Source: Octopus vulgaris
Lineage: Eukaryota
DNA: 64,000 bases
Direction of reading: 5' to 3'
Assembly (NCBI GenBank): GCA_951406725.2
Contig: OX597818.1
Span: forward strand, 85,932,001-85,996,000
Below are positions 22,095 to 35,145 of the stretch, piece after piece. Position 1 is the first letter of the stretch. Each line of letters begins with the position of its first letter. The notes beneath the pieces were generated by a model, which was given only the letters and a program-made list of their open reading frames with translations, was not told the origin of the DNA and did not search any database. The position numbers and the translations under genes were made by a program.

Positions 22095-25000
22095 CATGAT
22101 GATGATCGTCTTCATCATCATTATCATTTTATTCCAATTTTGTTTCCATTTCTTGCCGAGTGTCTTCCTGACACCTTGGGCAGAGAAACTCACTGTATAC
22201 ATTGGAAGGCTATCAAAATAAACACACCAGATTGTTCATTCACAAAGTCATTTTACTGGGAAAAGGGGGAAGAAAAACAAAGAAAGGGAAAAAAAATAAC
22301 GATAAAAAATTAAACGAAGAAAATAAAGGGGAAAAAGAAAAGAAAATTCACAGCGACAATGCTCTTCTCAGTTCGTGTGCCGTACCAGTTAAGACAATCT
22401 TTTGCACCTCTTGCATTGATGGTAAGCCAGAGATCAGTCTTGAATAATTTTCCATTCCATTTCTGATCATTCTAAGTCTTCCGACAATCACTGGTATTGT
22501 AACCGTCTTGAGATGCCTCATCTTTTCCATTTCGATTAGCAAATCTTTATATTTTCTGAGCTTAAGACAATCTTTTGCACCTCTTGCATGGATGGTAAGC
22601 CAGAGATCAGTCTTGAATAATTTTCCGTTCCATTTCTGATCATTCCAAGTCTTCCGACAATCACTGGTATTGTAACCGTCTTGAGATGCCACATCTTTTC
22701 CATTTCGATTAGCAAATCTTTATATTTTCTGAGCTTAAGAAATTATTTTGTCGAGATGTTATGGTCACAGGATATGTTCATGTCAATCGATAAACAGAAT
22801 TTATTGCTTTGGGCTTTCACGACAATATCTGGCTTATTTGCTTTGACGGTGCACACAGTAGTACACAGTGGAAAGTCTCAAAGAATCATTACATTTTCTC
22901 CCTCAGTTACAGCTTCAAGGTGGTGCTTGTACCATTTGTCAGCAATTTTGATTTTATAATGCCAACACATTATCCATTGTACATATTGGCCAACTCTGTC
23001 ATGTCTTGATTTATACTCTACAGGTGCTAAAACCTGACGCCCAGAGATTTGGTGGTCTACTGTTTCAATCCCATCGTTGCAGTATCGGCACTTTGCATCT
23101 ATTCCATTTTCATCACATTGGCTTGATAGTTCCGGGTCAATAAGTTCTGATCTTGAGCAATCAAGATAAAGCCTTCACTCTCTGCCTTTAGCCCCGAGCT
23201 CCGTAGCCACTGATGGGTACACTTCTGCTCTACATCAGCTTGTTTGCTACGGGCCACATATTTGCTATGCATAGGTTTTGTTTTCGCCTATCAGCCAATT
23301 GTCCAAACGAATTTTGCTTTGCTACTGATTTCGCCTTTGTAACTACAGTTGCCGCACTTCCATCATGCTGTTCAATCTGGACATTATGTATAAACTCAAT
23401 AGCAAAGGTTTTGCTCTCCTTCATAACAGAGTGAAACTTCTTATGTCGCTCGTGGTTTTCAACAAGCTTTAGCATCCAGTTTTTAGATGTTTCAAGATAT
23501 TTTGCCAGTCCAATTGTGGTAGCTTTGTAAGAGATTTCAAAATGGATCAAGCCTCGACCTCCTTGTGTCTGGGTAGGTAATGACGATCTACGTTTGCCTT
23601 TGGATGGTGCATCTTATTGCAAGTCAGCAGCTTACGGATTTTCCTGTCAATCTTCCTTATTTCCCTCATATTTCAGTTCAACACATTGAAACTGTAAATA
23701 ACAACCGGAGCTGCTAATGAATTTGTACCTAACATCTTGTTACGTGCATCTAACTCAGAATTTAGGACTGCTCGAACACTCCTCTAACATTCCTTCCTGA
23801 TCTTCTCCTTCATGCTTGCATGCTGAATGCCAGAGCTTTCATTTATTCTGAAGTATTTATAAATTTGTTCCTGCTCGATTTCTTTTATAAGTGTGTCAAC
23901 ATCGAGTACCACTGAATGTGAGGCCTTTAATTTTCCTTTCCGGAAAGTGGGCTTGGTACAATTATCAAGACCAAATTCCATCCCGATGTCATCACTGAAT
24001 GCTTCCACTGTACGTAGTAGTCCTTCAAGCTCATTATCGTCTTTGCCATAGAGTTTTAAGTCATCTATATAAAATATATGACTTATTTTCTTGTCGCCAA
24101 TTTTATATCCATACCCTTTTCTGTTAAGTTCACTTGTAAGGGGTATTAGGGCTATGAGAAAAATTAAAGGTGAAAGTATATCACCTTGGAAAATGCCGCA
24201 GTTGATATTAATATTGTTTGTAGTTAGTACTCCATTAGAATGGTATAACTGGAGATTCGTATTCCACACTGACATATTGTGCTTCAGGAGATCTGAAATC
24301 ACAGGAGAAATTTTGAAGATATCCAGCGATTTCAAGATCCATGAATGCGGTATGCTATCAAAGCCTTTTTAGAATCAATCCATGCGGAACTGAGATTTCT
24401 GCGTTTGTTATGACAGTTCTCAAGGATCATGTGATTGATTAAGAGTTGGTCTTTGCATCCACATGAGCCCCGTCGGCACCCTTTTTGTTCAGTGGGGAAA
24501 ATATCGTTCTGTTCCATAAATTTGTGTTTTCTCTACGTGGATGGATGTTAACATTTTATACGTGGTAGATAGACATGTTAAGCCGATAGTTTTGGGGAAA
24601 TTTGGTTTCATTATTCTTCGGGTGTAATACCTCTTGCTAACCAATCACATGTTTTCGTAGGATCTCTCATAATTTCATTGAATAACTAAACTAACTTTTC
24701 GTGTGCGCACGGGAGCGATGCGAGTCAGAAATTTGGCACCCTATCATTACCGGGCGATTTCCACTTATGAGCTTTCGTGTCATCCTTAGGTCTGCTATTA
24801 CGATGTTTTCCCATCCTTGTTCTGGTAAATTTTGGTAGGATCCTTCTGTGTGTCTAATCCAGTCTACATTTTCATTGTCTGTCTTTTCATCACTCCAAAT
24901 ATTTTTTCCAAAAGTTTTCAACTTCTTCCATGATAGGGGGTGGGAGCCTTCAACGGTCATTTTTTCCTTCCCTATTTCTCTGTAGAATGTTTTCGCATTG

Positions 25001-25330
25001 GATGTCAATAGCTGATTTTGCCGGTAAAACTTGTTCCTCTTCTCAAATCCTAATATTCTTTGAGCTTTTACTGGACTTTTTGTTGCAGTGTCTCTTTTGT
25101 TGAAATCAGTTCTTCTCTTGGTGAGAATCTGTTTTCTCTTCATCTTTCTTCCATTTGTAGATTTTACATCATTTCCACAGATTAGTTAATTTAATATTGA
25201 TATTTTACCTCTCATTATTCCAATCTCTTTTTTACTTTTACTTTTCCAGTTTGGAATTCAACTCAGGTTTGTAATTTCTGTTTTTTTAGAAGCATACTAC
25301 TGGTTTCAGTTGTCTTAGCAGCAGCGTAAA
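22095..25330 (-). mobile_element. R4/Dong-type non-LTR retrotransposon, ~3.2 kb, 5' truncated and disrupted (RT plus RLE)
   Basis: RT motifs EQKGCRRGSCGCKDQLLIN, CGIFQGDILSPLIF and ISHIFYIDDLKLYG. C-terminus KYKDLLIE...IPVIVG...QKIVLTGTAHELRRAL. Internal 173-bp tandem duplication at 22389-22734. Confidence 0.9.
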
Positions 25331-25359
25331 TATTATTATTATTATTATTATCATTATTA

Positions 25360-25409
<50 letters not shown>

Positions 25410-25447
25410 CAACGCTACTGAGCAACAAAAAGAGAAAAAAAATATAA

Positions 25448-25546
<99 letters not shown>

Positions 25547-25557
25547 TATTATTATTA

Positions 25558-25595
<38 letters not shown>

Positions 25596-25596
<1 letters not shown>

Positions 25597-25980
25597 TATG
25601 TTTGACTTTTGCTTTATATTTGTACAAGTTGGCTCCATGTCTCACCCAGAGACCTCAAGAGACAACAGGTTGGAAGTTCATGTTGATGTTATGCCTAGTG
25701 TGCCATATATTTGGTTCTGTATTTAGTGTTGTACTAGTGAATGTCTAAAGAAAAAAAAAGCATGCGAAAATTATGTTTGTTTTAAAACTTGAGATTACAT
25801 AGAAAGTATTTTGCGTAGGATATGAGCAGTTCCCATGAGCACTATCTTTTGAATTTCAGCCATTTTGGGGTTTCCTGGTATCTGAGTTAGGTAGCAATCA
25901 GCCCCTTTTGCTATCATTCCCAGGGCACCTATGACAACAGGTATTGTTTTAGTCTTCAGGTTCCACATTTTGCTGATTTC
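25596..25980 (-). mobile_element. R4/Dong-type LINE extreme 3' end (second subfamily)
   Basis: EISKMWNLKTKTIPVVIGALGMI...EIQKIVLMGTAHILRKILSM* plus 3' UTR, with (TAA)n on both sides. Confidence 0.85.
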
Positions 25981-26079
<99 letters not shown>

Positions 26080-26088
26080 CATCATCAT

Positions 26089-26251
26089 TGCCTTTGCACA
26101 GCTTCTAACGCTGGAGATGTACTACGGTGTTAGCTTTTCACTACCAGTGAACTAAGGCAACACCCCTTATTTTTTCGAGCACCGTCCGGAGAATTTGAGC
26201 GGTTCCAAGCAGTGCTGTTTTCTGCAAGTGCTCCACCCTTATTGCAGCCCC

Positions 26252-26252
<1 letters not shown>
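26089..26252 (-). mobile_element. R4/Dong-type LINE extreme 3' end (third subfamily)
   Basis: GAAIRVEHLQKTALLGTAQILRTVLE, with (TAA)n on both sides. Confidence 0.8.
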
Positions 26253-26312
<60 letters not shown>

Positions 26313-26532
26313 TGAATAATCATTCGGTCAAATATTTATTCAGTTAGGTTTGTCAATATCCTTTCATCACTTTTCGCTACCTTATCTGTAACAAGCTCCC
26401 GTTATACTGCCAGTCTTTAAAAATGGTATTTTATGTATTAACATAAAAAAATAATTAGTTTACGCAGCATAAATTATTGAACTGTTGGGAGTTGGAGAGC
26501 CGCCAGATCCGGACTCTTTAGTTGAAGGATGA

Positions 26533-26805
26533 TCACTGACCAGCCCGAATTGCTAATTGCTTGATTTGTTGCCAAAAATGTGTGCGGTCGCTCATTTCAA
26601 TATGGATCGTTTTCGGGTTCTGGTTCAGGCATTTGCTTTTAGTAGTTTTTCCAAGTTTTTGAATGTTCCAATGTATGGCCCATGTGTTCACGGTACGACA
26701 ACGCTCCACAAAATCAGGGAGAATAAAATCACCCATGCCTCCCCACTCCCCGTCAGCAATAGCCCAACCAAGTGTTAATCTACCAAAACGCGCAGTTTGA
26801 ACGAC
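26533..26805 (-). CDS. Candidate terminal exon, 90 aa: VVQTARFGRLTLGWAIADGEWGGMGDFILPDFVERCR...QLAIRAGQ*
   Basis: Acceptor TTTTCAATTACATACAG. Only phase 0 is open. Unique and comparatively GC-rich sequence. No family recognised. Confidence 0.3.
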   Translation of the reverse strand, partial: VVQTARFGRLTLGWAIADGEWGGMGDFILPDFVERCRTVNTWAIHWNIQKLGKTTKSKCLNQNPKTIHIEMSDRTHFWQQIKQLAIRAGQ

Positions 26806-26864
26806 CTGTATGTAATTGAAAAGAAAAATGAGATGCCAGGTTTTGCATAAAGATATGTATGTAT

Positions 26865-27258
26865 ACTCTCTTACTCTTTTATTTGTCTCAGTCAATTTGA
26901 CTGCGACCATCCTGGAGCAGTGCCTTTAGTCGAACAAATCGACCCCAGAACTTATTCTTTGTAAGCCTAGTACTTATTCTATCGGTCTCTTTTTGCCGAA
27001 CCGCTAAGTTACGGCGACGTAAACACATCAGCATCGGCTGTCAAACGATGGTGGGAGGGGGGTCATCACAGACACACACACACACACACGCACACATATA
27101 CTTCTTTCAGTTTCCGTCTACCAAATCCATTCACAAGGCTTTGGTCAGCCCGAGGCTATAGTAGAAGACACTTGTCGAAGGTGCCTGGCAGTGGGACTGA
27201 ACCCGGAACCATGCGGTTGGTAAGCAAGCTACTTACCACACAGCTACTCCTGCGCCTA
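26865..27258 (-). mobile_element. SINE family A, full length
   Basis: Collinear with 6548-6935. Confidence 0.9.
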
Positions 27259-27319
27259 TGTATATATATATGTATGTATGCATGTATGTATGTATGTATC
27301 TGTGTGTGAATGTGTGTGC

Positions 27320-27403
<84 letters not shown>

Positions 27404-27479
27404 AAATCCCTACACATTTTTTCTCTCTCCGGTTTTTAGCATTCTCTCTCCATTTTTTTTTACCTCTCAATCTCAGTCG

Positions 27480-28139
27480 AAAAGCGTAGATTCGAAACAT
27501 CAAAGAGCCTTAGTTGAAGCTAATCCACTCACAACTGTTCGAGAGCTTGCTTCTGAATTAGATGTAACGTATACAACGATTTTCAACCACTTAAAGGAGA
27601 TTGGAAAGATATTGTTTGGTGATCTGCGGCCGGTCTCATCCATTACAGCTTTTTGGATCCAGGCGAAACCATTACAGCAGAGAAGTACTGTCAGCAAATG
27701 GATGAAATGCATAAAAATCTGCGACAATAGCCAGCATTGGTCAATAGAAAAGGACCAATTCTTCTCCACGACAACGCCCGGCCGCACGTCGCACAGCTGA
27801 CCCTGCAGAAGTTGAACGAATTGGGCTACGAAACTCTGCCTCATCTGCCATACTCACCAGATCTCTCGCCTACCGACTATCGAGTTTCAAGCATCTTGAC
27901 AACTTCCTGCATGAAAAATGCTTCAAAATCAAGACGATGCCAAACACGCCTTCAACGACTTCATCGCCACCAGAACGCAGGATTTTTACGCTACTGGCAT
28001 AAATAAACTTGTTTCGCGTTGGCAAAAGTGTGTTGATTCTGATGGTATTTATTTCGATTAATAAAGTTTTGTTTGAGCCGAGATATGTGCATATGAATTT
28101 AAAGGTTAAAAACCGCAAGAACATTCTCGACAGCCTAAT
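27480..28139 (+). mobile_element. Mariner transposon relic, internally deleted, with probable 3' TIR
   Basis: ALVEANPLTTVRELASEL and [31 protein letters not shown]. Ends AACCGCAAGAACATTCTCGACAGCCTAAT. Confidence 0.9.
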
Positions 28140-28182
28140 TCATTCCTATATCGTTTACAAATACTCTGTGTGTGTATATACG

Positions 28183-28222
<40 letters not shown>

Positions 28223-28470
28223 CACACATTTTCATGTTAGAAACATCCAACAAAGTGCTAGTGAAGTATTTGAATTCGGCGTTTCCGCTTTCCAAACAAA
28301 CTGTAAGTAGGAGTAGAAGTGTGTTTGAATTTACAAGCGGAAGGACAAAGTACTCAATATCTGAAGTGCATACACACATATATATATATACATATACCCA
28401 CACATATACACATAGAAATATGCAGATATACACATACTCATATATGTGTGTTTAGATATCTGTATAACTA

Positions 28471-28571
<101 letters not shown>

Positions 28572-28641
28572 ATACATACATATATATATATTTTATATAC
28601 ACATATATATATGTATGTACGTATATATGCGGATATAAGTA

Positions 28642-28689
<48 letters not shown>

Positions 28690-29088
28690 TACATGTATGT
28701 ATAACTATATATGTTTACACAAGCACATGCACACACACACATACGCAACATGCATATGCACACACAGACACACGTACACAGGCACACTGATTCACTTACA
28801 CACACATGTCTGATATGTTCGAAAACATGAAATGGTAGCTGCAGGAGTACTTAAGTTTGGCATATCTGCTTTTCAAATGACAGTCAATATATTTTGGGGG
28901 TTATATGGGTGGGGTTATATATACAATGAAAATCGAATGAGTCAGAATAATTAGAGTAGCACGATAACAATATACTGAAGTTGAATTGACTTGATGATGA
29001 AGATGACAGGCGTGCGATAAAAGTATATAGGATCTATTTGAAAGATCTTTATTACAATTAACAGCCTTTTGTATAGTCAAGTATCTCA

Positions 29089-29129
<41 letters not shown>

Positions 29130-29149
29130 CACAAGCACATATATATATA

Positions 29150-29430
29150 TATATGTATGTATGCCATTACAGATATAGGGTGAAATATAATTAATTTAAT
29201 AAAATCAACAAATTTCACCTAGTAAGTATTTCGGTATGGAAAAGTACCATATTCGGTAAAAATTTATATAATTATAATAATAAGGGTTTTTTGCAACAAG
29301 TTGCTTAAACCACATACCGAAAATATTAGAAATAACAGCCAAAAGACTACTATTTCTTTTTACTTACTTTTCGGTACGTGGTTTAAGCAACTTGTTGCAA
29401 AAAACCCTTATTATTATAATTATATTTATA
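29150..29430. mobile_element. (TA)n-embedded island with a near-perfect 58-bp inverted repeat
   Basis: Arms 29266-29323 and 29368-29425 with one mismatch. Confidence 0.6.
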
Positions 29431-29450
29431 TATATGTATATATATATATG

Positions 29451-29482
<32 letters not shown>

Positions 29483-29568
29483 CATACTTGTATGTATGTA
29501 TCTTTATCTATATCTGTATATTATATATGTAAGAATGTATTTATATACATGTATATGCATGCTTATGT

Positions 29569-29645
<77 letters not shown>

Positions 29646-29791
29646 TGTTTATAAAAACAGATATATGATAACAGATAATAACTATTTATCAAAAAATGGT
29701 ATGAGGATAAAAATAAAGCTTCTTTTCTATAACGTAGTAGGACTGAGCTCGGAACGATATGGTTGGTAAGCAAGCTACTATACTACACAGC

Positions 29792-29858
<67 letters not shown>

Positions 29859-29932
29859 CATATATATGTATATATATGTATATATGTATGCATGTATGTA
29901 TGTATGTGTGTATGTATGTGTGTGTGTGTGTA

Positions 29933-30803
29933 CGAGGTCAGCTGAAAAGCTCATAGGCTGATCAAGATACTATTGAAATGTGACCAAATGTGGTTTGTTT
30001 TTCAACATAGTCCTCCTCGTGGATCACACACTTCTTCCATTAGTGTTGTCGAGCATTAGTGAAGAAGCTTTCATGTTATTGCTCAAAAAGTCATGAACAG
30101 CACTTATGACATCATTATCATCATTCTGACATTGGTTACCAGCCCAAGTGCTTTTTCATGTTGGGGAACAGCTGATAGCCAGATGGGGCTATATCAGGCT
30201 AATAGAGAGGGTGATCAACCAGTTTAAAGCTACAGTCACGTTCAATAACCATTCAAACCGATGACGTGTGTGCTGGAGCATTGTCCTGATGAAACAAGAT
30301 CCATTTCGTCAGTTTTCAAGTTCAAATGGTCTTGATGATCTTTCGTAACTTCTTCGTCCACATTCTCTGCAGAAGAAACGACTTTGGGCTTCTTAGGAGT
30401 AGGCGAGGATGGGTGTTTCCGCTGCACGGGTTGTCTTTTTGTCCACTGGCTCAAATCGATGAACCCAAAACAACGTTAAAAACGTTCAAAGGAAACTGCA
30501 GGAAACAATGTCAAATTTTCCCATGATGTGATCAACCTGGTGCGCTTTTAATCGGGTGTAAGAAAACGTGGCACCCTGCGTGTAGAAACCTTCGTCGTCT
30601 CAAGTTCATTGTGCAGAATATTCTCTAATCTGTCACAGGATAAAGTAATAGCAGTGACTATTTGATTTATGCTCGATCTCCTGTCATCCATCACCATGTG
30701 GACAAAACTATGAATGTTTTCCTTGGTGTTAGCACTTGCAGGATGTCCAGAACTTGGAACATCTTCAAGACTCCCTCTTTCCCTTCAAAATTTAGCTGAC
30801 CGC
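29933..30803 (-). mobile_element. Mariner transposon relic
   Basis: QRKHPSSPTPKKPKVVSSA motif. Terminus shared with the copy at 3452. Confidence 0.75.
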
Positions 30804-30804
30804 T

Positions 30805-31425
30805 TTTGTACTCTTTTACTTGTTTCAGCCATTTGACTGCAGTCATGCTGGAGCACCGCCTTTTGTCGAGCAAATCTAACCCAGGACTTATTCTTTAGAG
30901 TAACAACCGTGTCAATGGAGAACAGTGTAAAAAACTCGCATAGATCTTATGGTTCTACGGCGCAGTATTTCTACTGATACTTGCACATATCGATGGAGAA
31001 CACCGTAAAGCATTCACATAGACCCTATAGTTTTACAACCCAATGTTTTCAACTGATACTTACGCGTATATTTAGGAAGCTTGATTAATAGTAAGATTAT
31101 ATTAAAATAACAGCGTAGCAAACTTATTCTATCGGTCTCGTTTGCTAAACCGCTAAGTTACGGGGACGTAAACACACCAGCATCGGTTGTCAAGCGATGT
31201 TGGGGGGACAAACACAGACACACGAGCACAGATACACATATATATACACATATATATATACGACGGGCTTCTTTCAGTTTCCGTCTACCAAATCCACTCA
31301 CAAGGCTTTGGTCGGCCCGAGGCTGTAGTAGAAGACACTTGCCCAATGTGCCACGCAGTAGGACTGAATCCGGAACCATGTGGTTGGAAAGTAAGCTACT
31401 TGCCACACAGCCACACCTGCGCCTG
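30805..31425 (-). mobile_element. SINE family A, full length, interrupted by a ~205-bp foreign insert (about 30897-31101)
   Basis: SINE sequence resumes after the insert, which matches 38795-39020. Confidence 0.9.
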
Positions 31426-31757
31426 TTCATAAAGCTGGTGCGTCATCCCTAAACGATGTCAGCATGAATGTTTTTGGGTGCTAAATCCTTTTTATGCTGT
31501 TACTCGATAAAACCATGATGCCAAATTTTTAAAGAGATATCGCTACTAGTTACTTTTGAACTCTTATATGAACAGTCAGATCTTAGTTTATCTGGAAAGA
31601 AGCAATGCAATTCTTAATAAAAAAAGATTGAAATTAATGCATGCAAGATTTCATAGCTCTAACATCACTCCTTCATAGTCAGCCTACAAATACACAAAAC
31701 CATATAGTACATCTATTATAGCTAACTGCTTGGTACAGTTGCCCATAACGTAATATT

Positions 31758-31863
31758 TTAAAGTTTTTTCATAATTTTGTTAAAGAGCCATTTTGTAGCC
31801 ACAGTAAAACCATTAACATCGTTTTCAAATATTGATTCAATAATAACAGATATTGAACCAGCT
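31758..31863 (-). CDS. Candidate exon resembling the second half of a SEA domain: (R)AGSISVIIESIFENDVNGFTVATKWLFNKIMKKL*
   Basis: Strong acceptor TTTTTTATGTTCTTTTTCAG. A phase-2 start gives R|xGS-hydrophobic..F, like the SEA GSVVV motif. Ends in TAA with no clear donor. Confidence 0.35.
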
Positions 31864-32091
31864 CTGAAAAAGAACATAAAAAAAAATTGACGTAAATTAT
31901 ACTGACTTTTCAGACTGTAAACATAAACAGAGCACACACACAAACACACACACACACACGCGCGCGCACACCGTGAAACTTTTTAATAAAACGCGGAAAA
32001 ATCTCTTTTCCTTTAAACTATTTTCGTATTTTAAATATTTGGTATAATTTGATTACATAATATATAATATAAATATAACAAATATGATATA

Positions 32092-32135
<44 letters not shown>

Positions 32136-32219
32136 CAAATAGAATGTATGTATATATATATATATATGAATATTACGAGAGAAAGAGAGAGAGAGAGGGA
32201 GAGTTGAACATTTCTTTTT

Positions 32220-32430
32220 TTCTACTATAGGCACAAAGCCTTAGATTTTGGGAGAGGGTTTATTTGATTACATCGTACCCTGCAGTACCAACAAATACTT
32301 ATTTTATCGCTCCTCGAAGGATGACAGGAAAAGTCGACTACGGCAGAATTTGAATTCAGAATAGAAAGACGGGCAAAATGCCGCTAAGCATTTTGCCTTG
32401 TGTTAACGATTCTTGCCGCTTGCCATCCTA
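32220..32430 (-). mobile_element. SINE family B
   Basis: Match to the family B consensus. Confidence 0.75.
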
Positions 32431-32641
32431 AAAACATGATGCAAGAGTTATAAAGTATATAAATTTATATTTCAAATCGCGCAAACTTTACTTAAGATAG
32501 GACTCAATATGTTAAATGTAGTGACTGGATATATTTATTATATTAAATGTTGATAGTCGCCTCTTGATTATTCACGGCTGTAGTGGAGAGCTATGAGCAA
32601 ACTTTTGATATAATATAATATGATACAATGTGTTTGTGTGC

Positions 32642-32725
<84 letters not shown>

Positions 32726-33046
32726 GCCTGTCTGTCTACCTGTCTGTCTGCCTGCCTGTCTACCAGTCTGTCTACCTGTCTGTCTGTCGATAAGAAAACA
32801 AAGCAAACAACAAAAACCCAAAATGAACGGATATTTAAAGGCTTCACTACAAGTGTTTCCATATCATGTTTATTCCAAATGCGAGTACAACTGCGCAATT
32901 TTATCTAAGATCGCATTATTATAAACCGCAACTTCATCAGTAGTACACAGCGGAATATTTCCAGGTGATACCTCTCCAAATATTTTAGTGACGTATATGT
33001 ATATGATATGATATAATATAATATAATATAATATAATATAATATAA

Positions 33047-33213
<167 letters not shown>

Positions 33214-33414
33214 CCACTTGAAACACTTAAATGTGGCAGATAAGGAATAACGGTGGTACTCCAGCATGACCGCATCTGCATGGCTGAAAGGATTAAAAGA
33301 ATAAAATAAAATGTCCAAACGGAGAGCATTTCAAAGAGATAAGTAATAATTGGCTTGCCAAGTAAGTTGAACATACATTTACATCTACATCAGTATTGCA
33401 TCCCGGAGTCATTG

Positions 33415-33612
33415 GATGAATACACGTCCTTGATTGGTTAAAATTACTCAAATACAACTTTAATACGAAATAACTTCTAAAATACAAAATTTTGTCAAAA
33501 GTGTTAAGAGTAAACTGTGTTCTACGTGACACATTCAACCAGTATCCGAAGTTTCAAACTCTTTAGTTAAAAAAAATTAACTAAAAAATCTGTGACAGAT
33601 TGAAAAGATCCA
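33415..33612. mobile_element. Solo arm of the long-TIR MITE family seen at 44131-44674
   Basis: GAATACACGTC..GATTGGTT.AAATTAC...AAGATCC matches 44476-44674. Confidence 0.7.
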
Positions 33613-33944
33613 TGTATGTATCTATCTATACACACATAGATTCACTAGTACATCGCATTGTTACCTTAAGCAACTAAGACCATAAGTTATTTATTCGTTT
33701 ACTTAACAGCATAATGTTAAGGTAGGAGTACAATACAAAAATTATTGCTTACTTAAAAATTCTGATGTGATTCAATAGAGCTGGTTAACAGATTGTTTGT
33801 AAGTGTGCGGCAACCATCCCCGCACCACCATCACATTTTACAGGTTGACAAATATTTCAACAGCAAACACGCAGCGTGACTGGAGCAAACCAAGATGACA
33901 ACTAGAATAGCAACAACAATAAAAAGGTAAAATATTAGCTATAT

Positions 33945-34558
33945 CATTTCTACTCTAGGCACAAAGCCCGAAACTTTTTGAGTGGGAGCCAGACGATTAG
34001 ATCGACTCCAGTACGCAACTGGTACTTAATTTATCGACCCCGAAAGGATGAAAGGCAAAGTCGGCCTCGGAGGAATTTGTACTCAGAACACAAAGACAGA
34101 CGAAATACCACTAAACATTTCGCCCGGCGTGCTAACGTTTCTGCCAACTCGCCGCCTTAAAATATTATCTATATTTATTTCTTTATTGCCCACAGGAGGC
34201 TAAACATAGAGGGAACAAACAAGGACAGACAAAAGGATTAAGCTGATTACATCAACTACAGTGCGTATCTGTCGCTTATTTAAACGATCCCGAAAGGATG
34301 AAAGGCAAAGTCGATCTCGGAAGAATTTAAACTCAGAACGTAACAGCAGACGAAATACCTATTTCTTTACTACCTACAAGGGGCTAAACACAGAGAGGAC
34401 AAACAAGGACAGACAAAAGGATTAAGCCAATTACATCGACCCCCGTGGGTATCTGGTACTTAATTTATCGACCCCGGCATTTGAACTCAGAACGTAACGG
34501 CAGACGAAATACGGCTAAGCATTTCACCCGGTGTGCAAACGATTCTGCCAGCTCACTG
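33945..34558 (-). mobile_element. SINE family B cluster (monomer plus head-to-tail dimer)
   Basis: Copies at 33945-34158, about 34175-34360 and 34361-34558. Confidence 0.85.
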
Positions 34559-34984
34559 CAGAATTACAAAGATACTATTATCACCAGGCCAAGTTTACTA
34601 CCACCACACGAATCGCCATTTATGATATGGAAGATTTTACTGCTGTACTCTGCACTAAGTTTGCAACAATCTGACTCATCCAGTCTTATTTATAACAAAA
34701 TGATAATTACCCAGTTACTGCATGATGAATCGTATGCAAGCATCTATCCGTTTTCTTCGCTCAATATTCCTGGGAGGGTGGGACAGTTATCAGAAACAGT
34801 GCCGTGTTAAGGTATGGATACGCAGAGCAGTTGTCCAAGGGACTGACGGGTCTAAGGGCCCAGTTCTAATCTATGTATGCTGTGGTTTGCTGTCAACAAA
34901 TAAATCTTACAGAATCCAGAGCACTGATTTGCCTGGGACCTATAATGCTGTTAAGACGACCCTACTCAGGGACCCTTCTCATGG

Positions 34985-35145
34985 AGTCTTATCAGAAGCA
35001 ATGGTCATTAGATTTTCCTGTTGGATTTCCAAAGGTAACCAACCGAGACAATAGATTTTAACCAAGCACCTCGTTCTCGGTTTTCCTCTAGGTCTACTGC
35101 CTGTTGGTTCGACTTGCGATTCTTTCCTGCCACATTCTAATCATA
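34985..35145 (-). mobile_element. RTE-clade LINE 3' fragment
   Basis: Minus translation QVEPTGSRPRGKPRTRCL. Confidence 0.55.

Larger units (their letters stand above)
25331..26322. repeat. (TAT)n/(CAT)n arrays hosting LINE 3' ends
   Basis: Four arrays: about 25331-25405, 25447-25595, 25981-26088 and 26252-26312. Confidence 0.95.
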
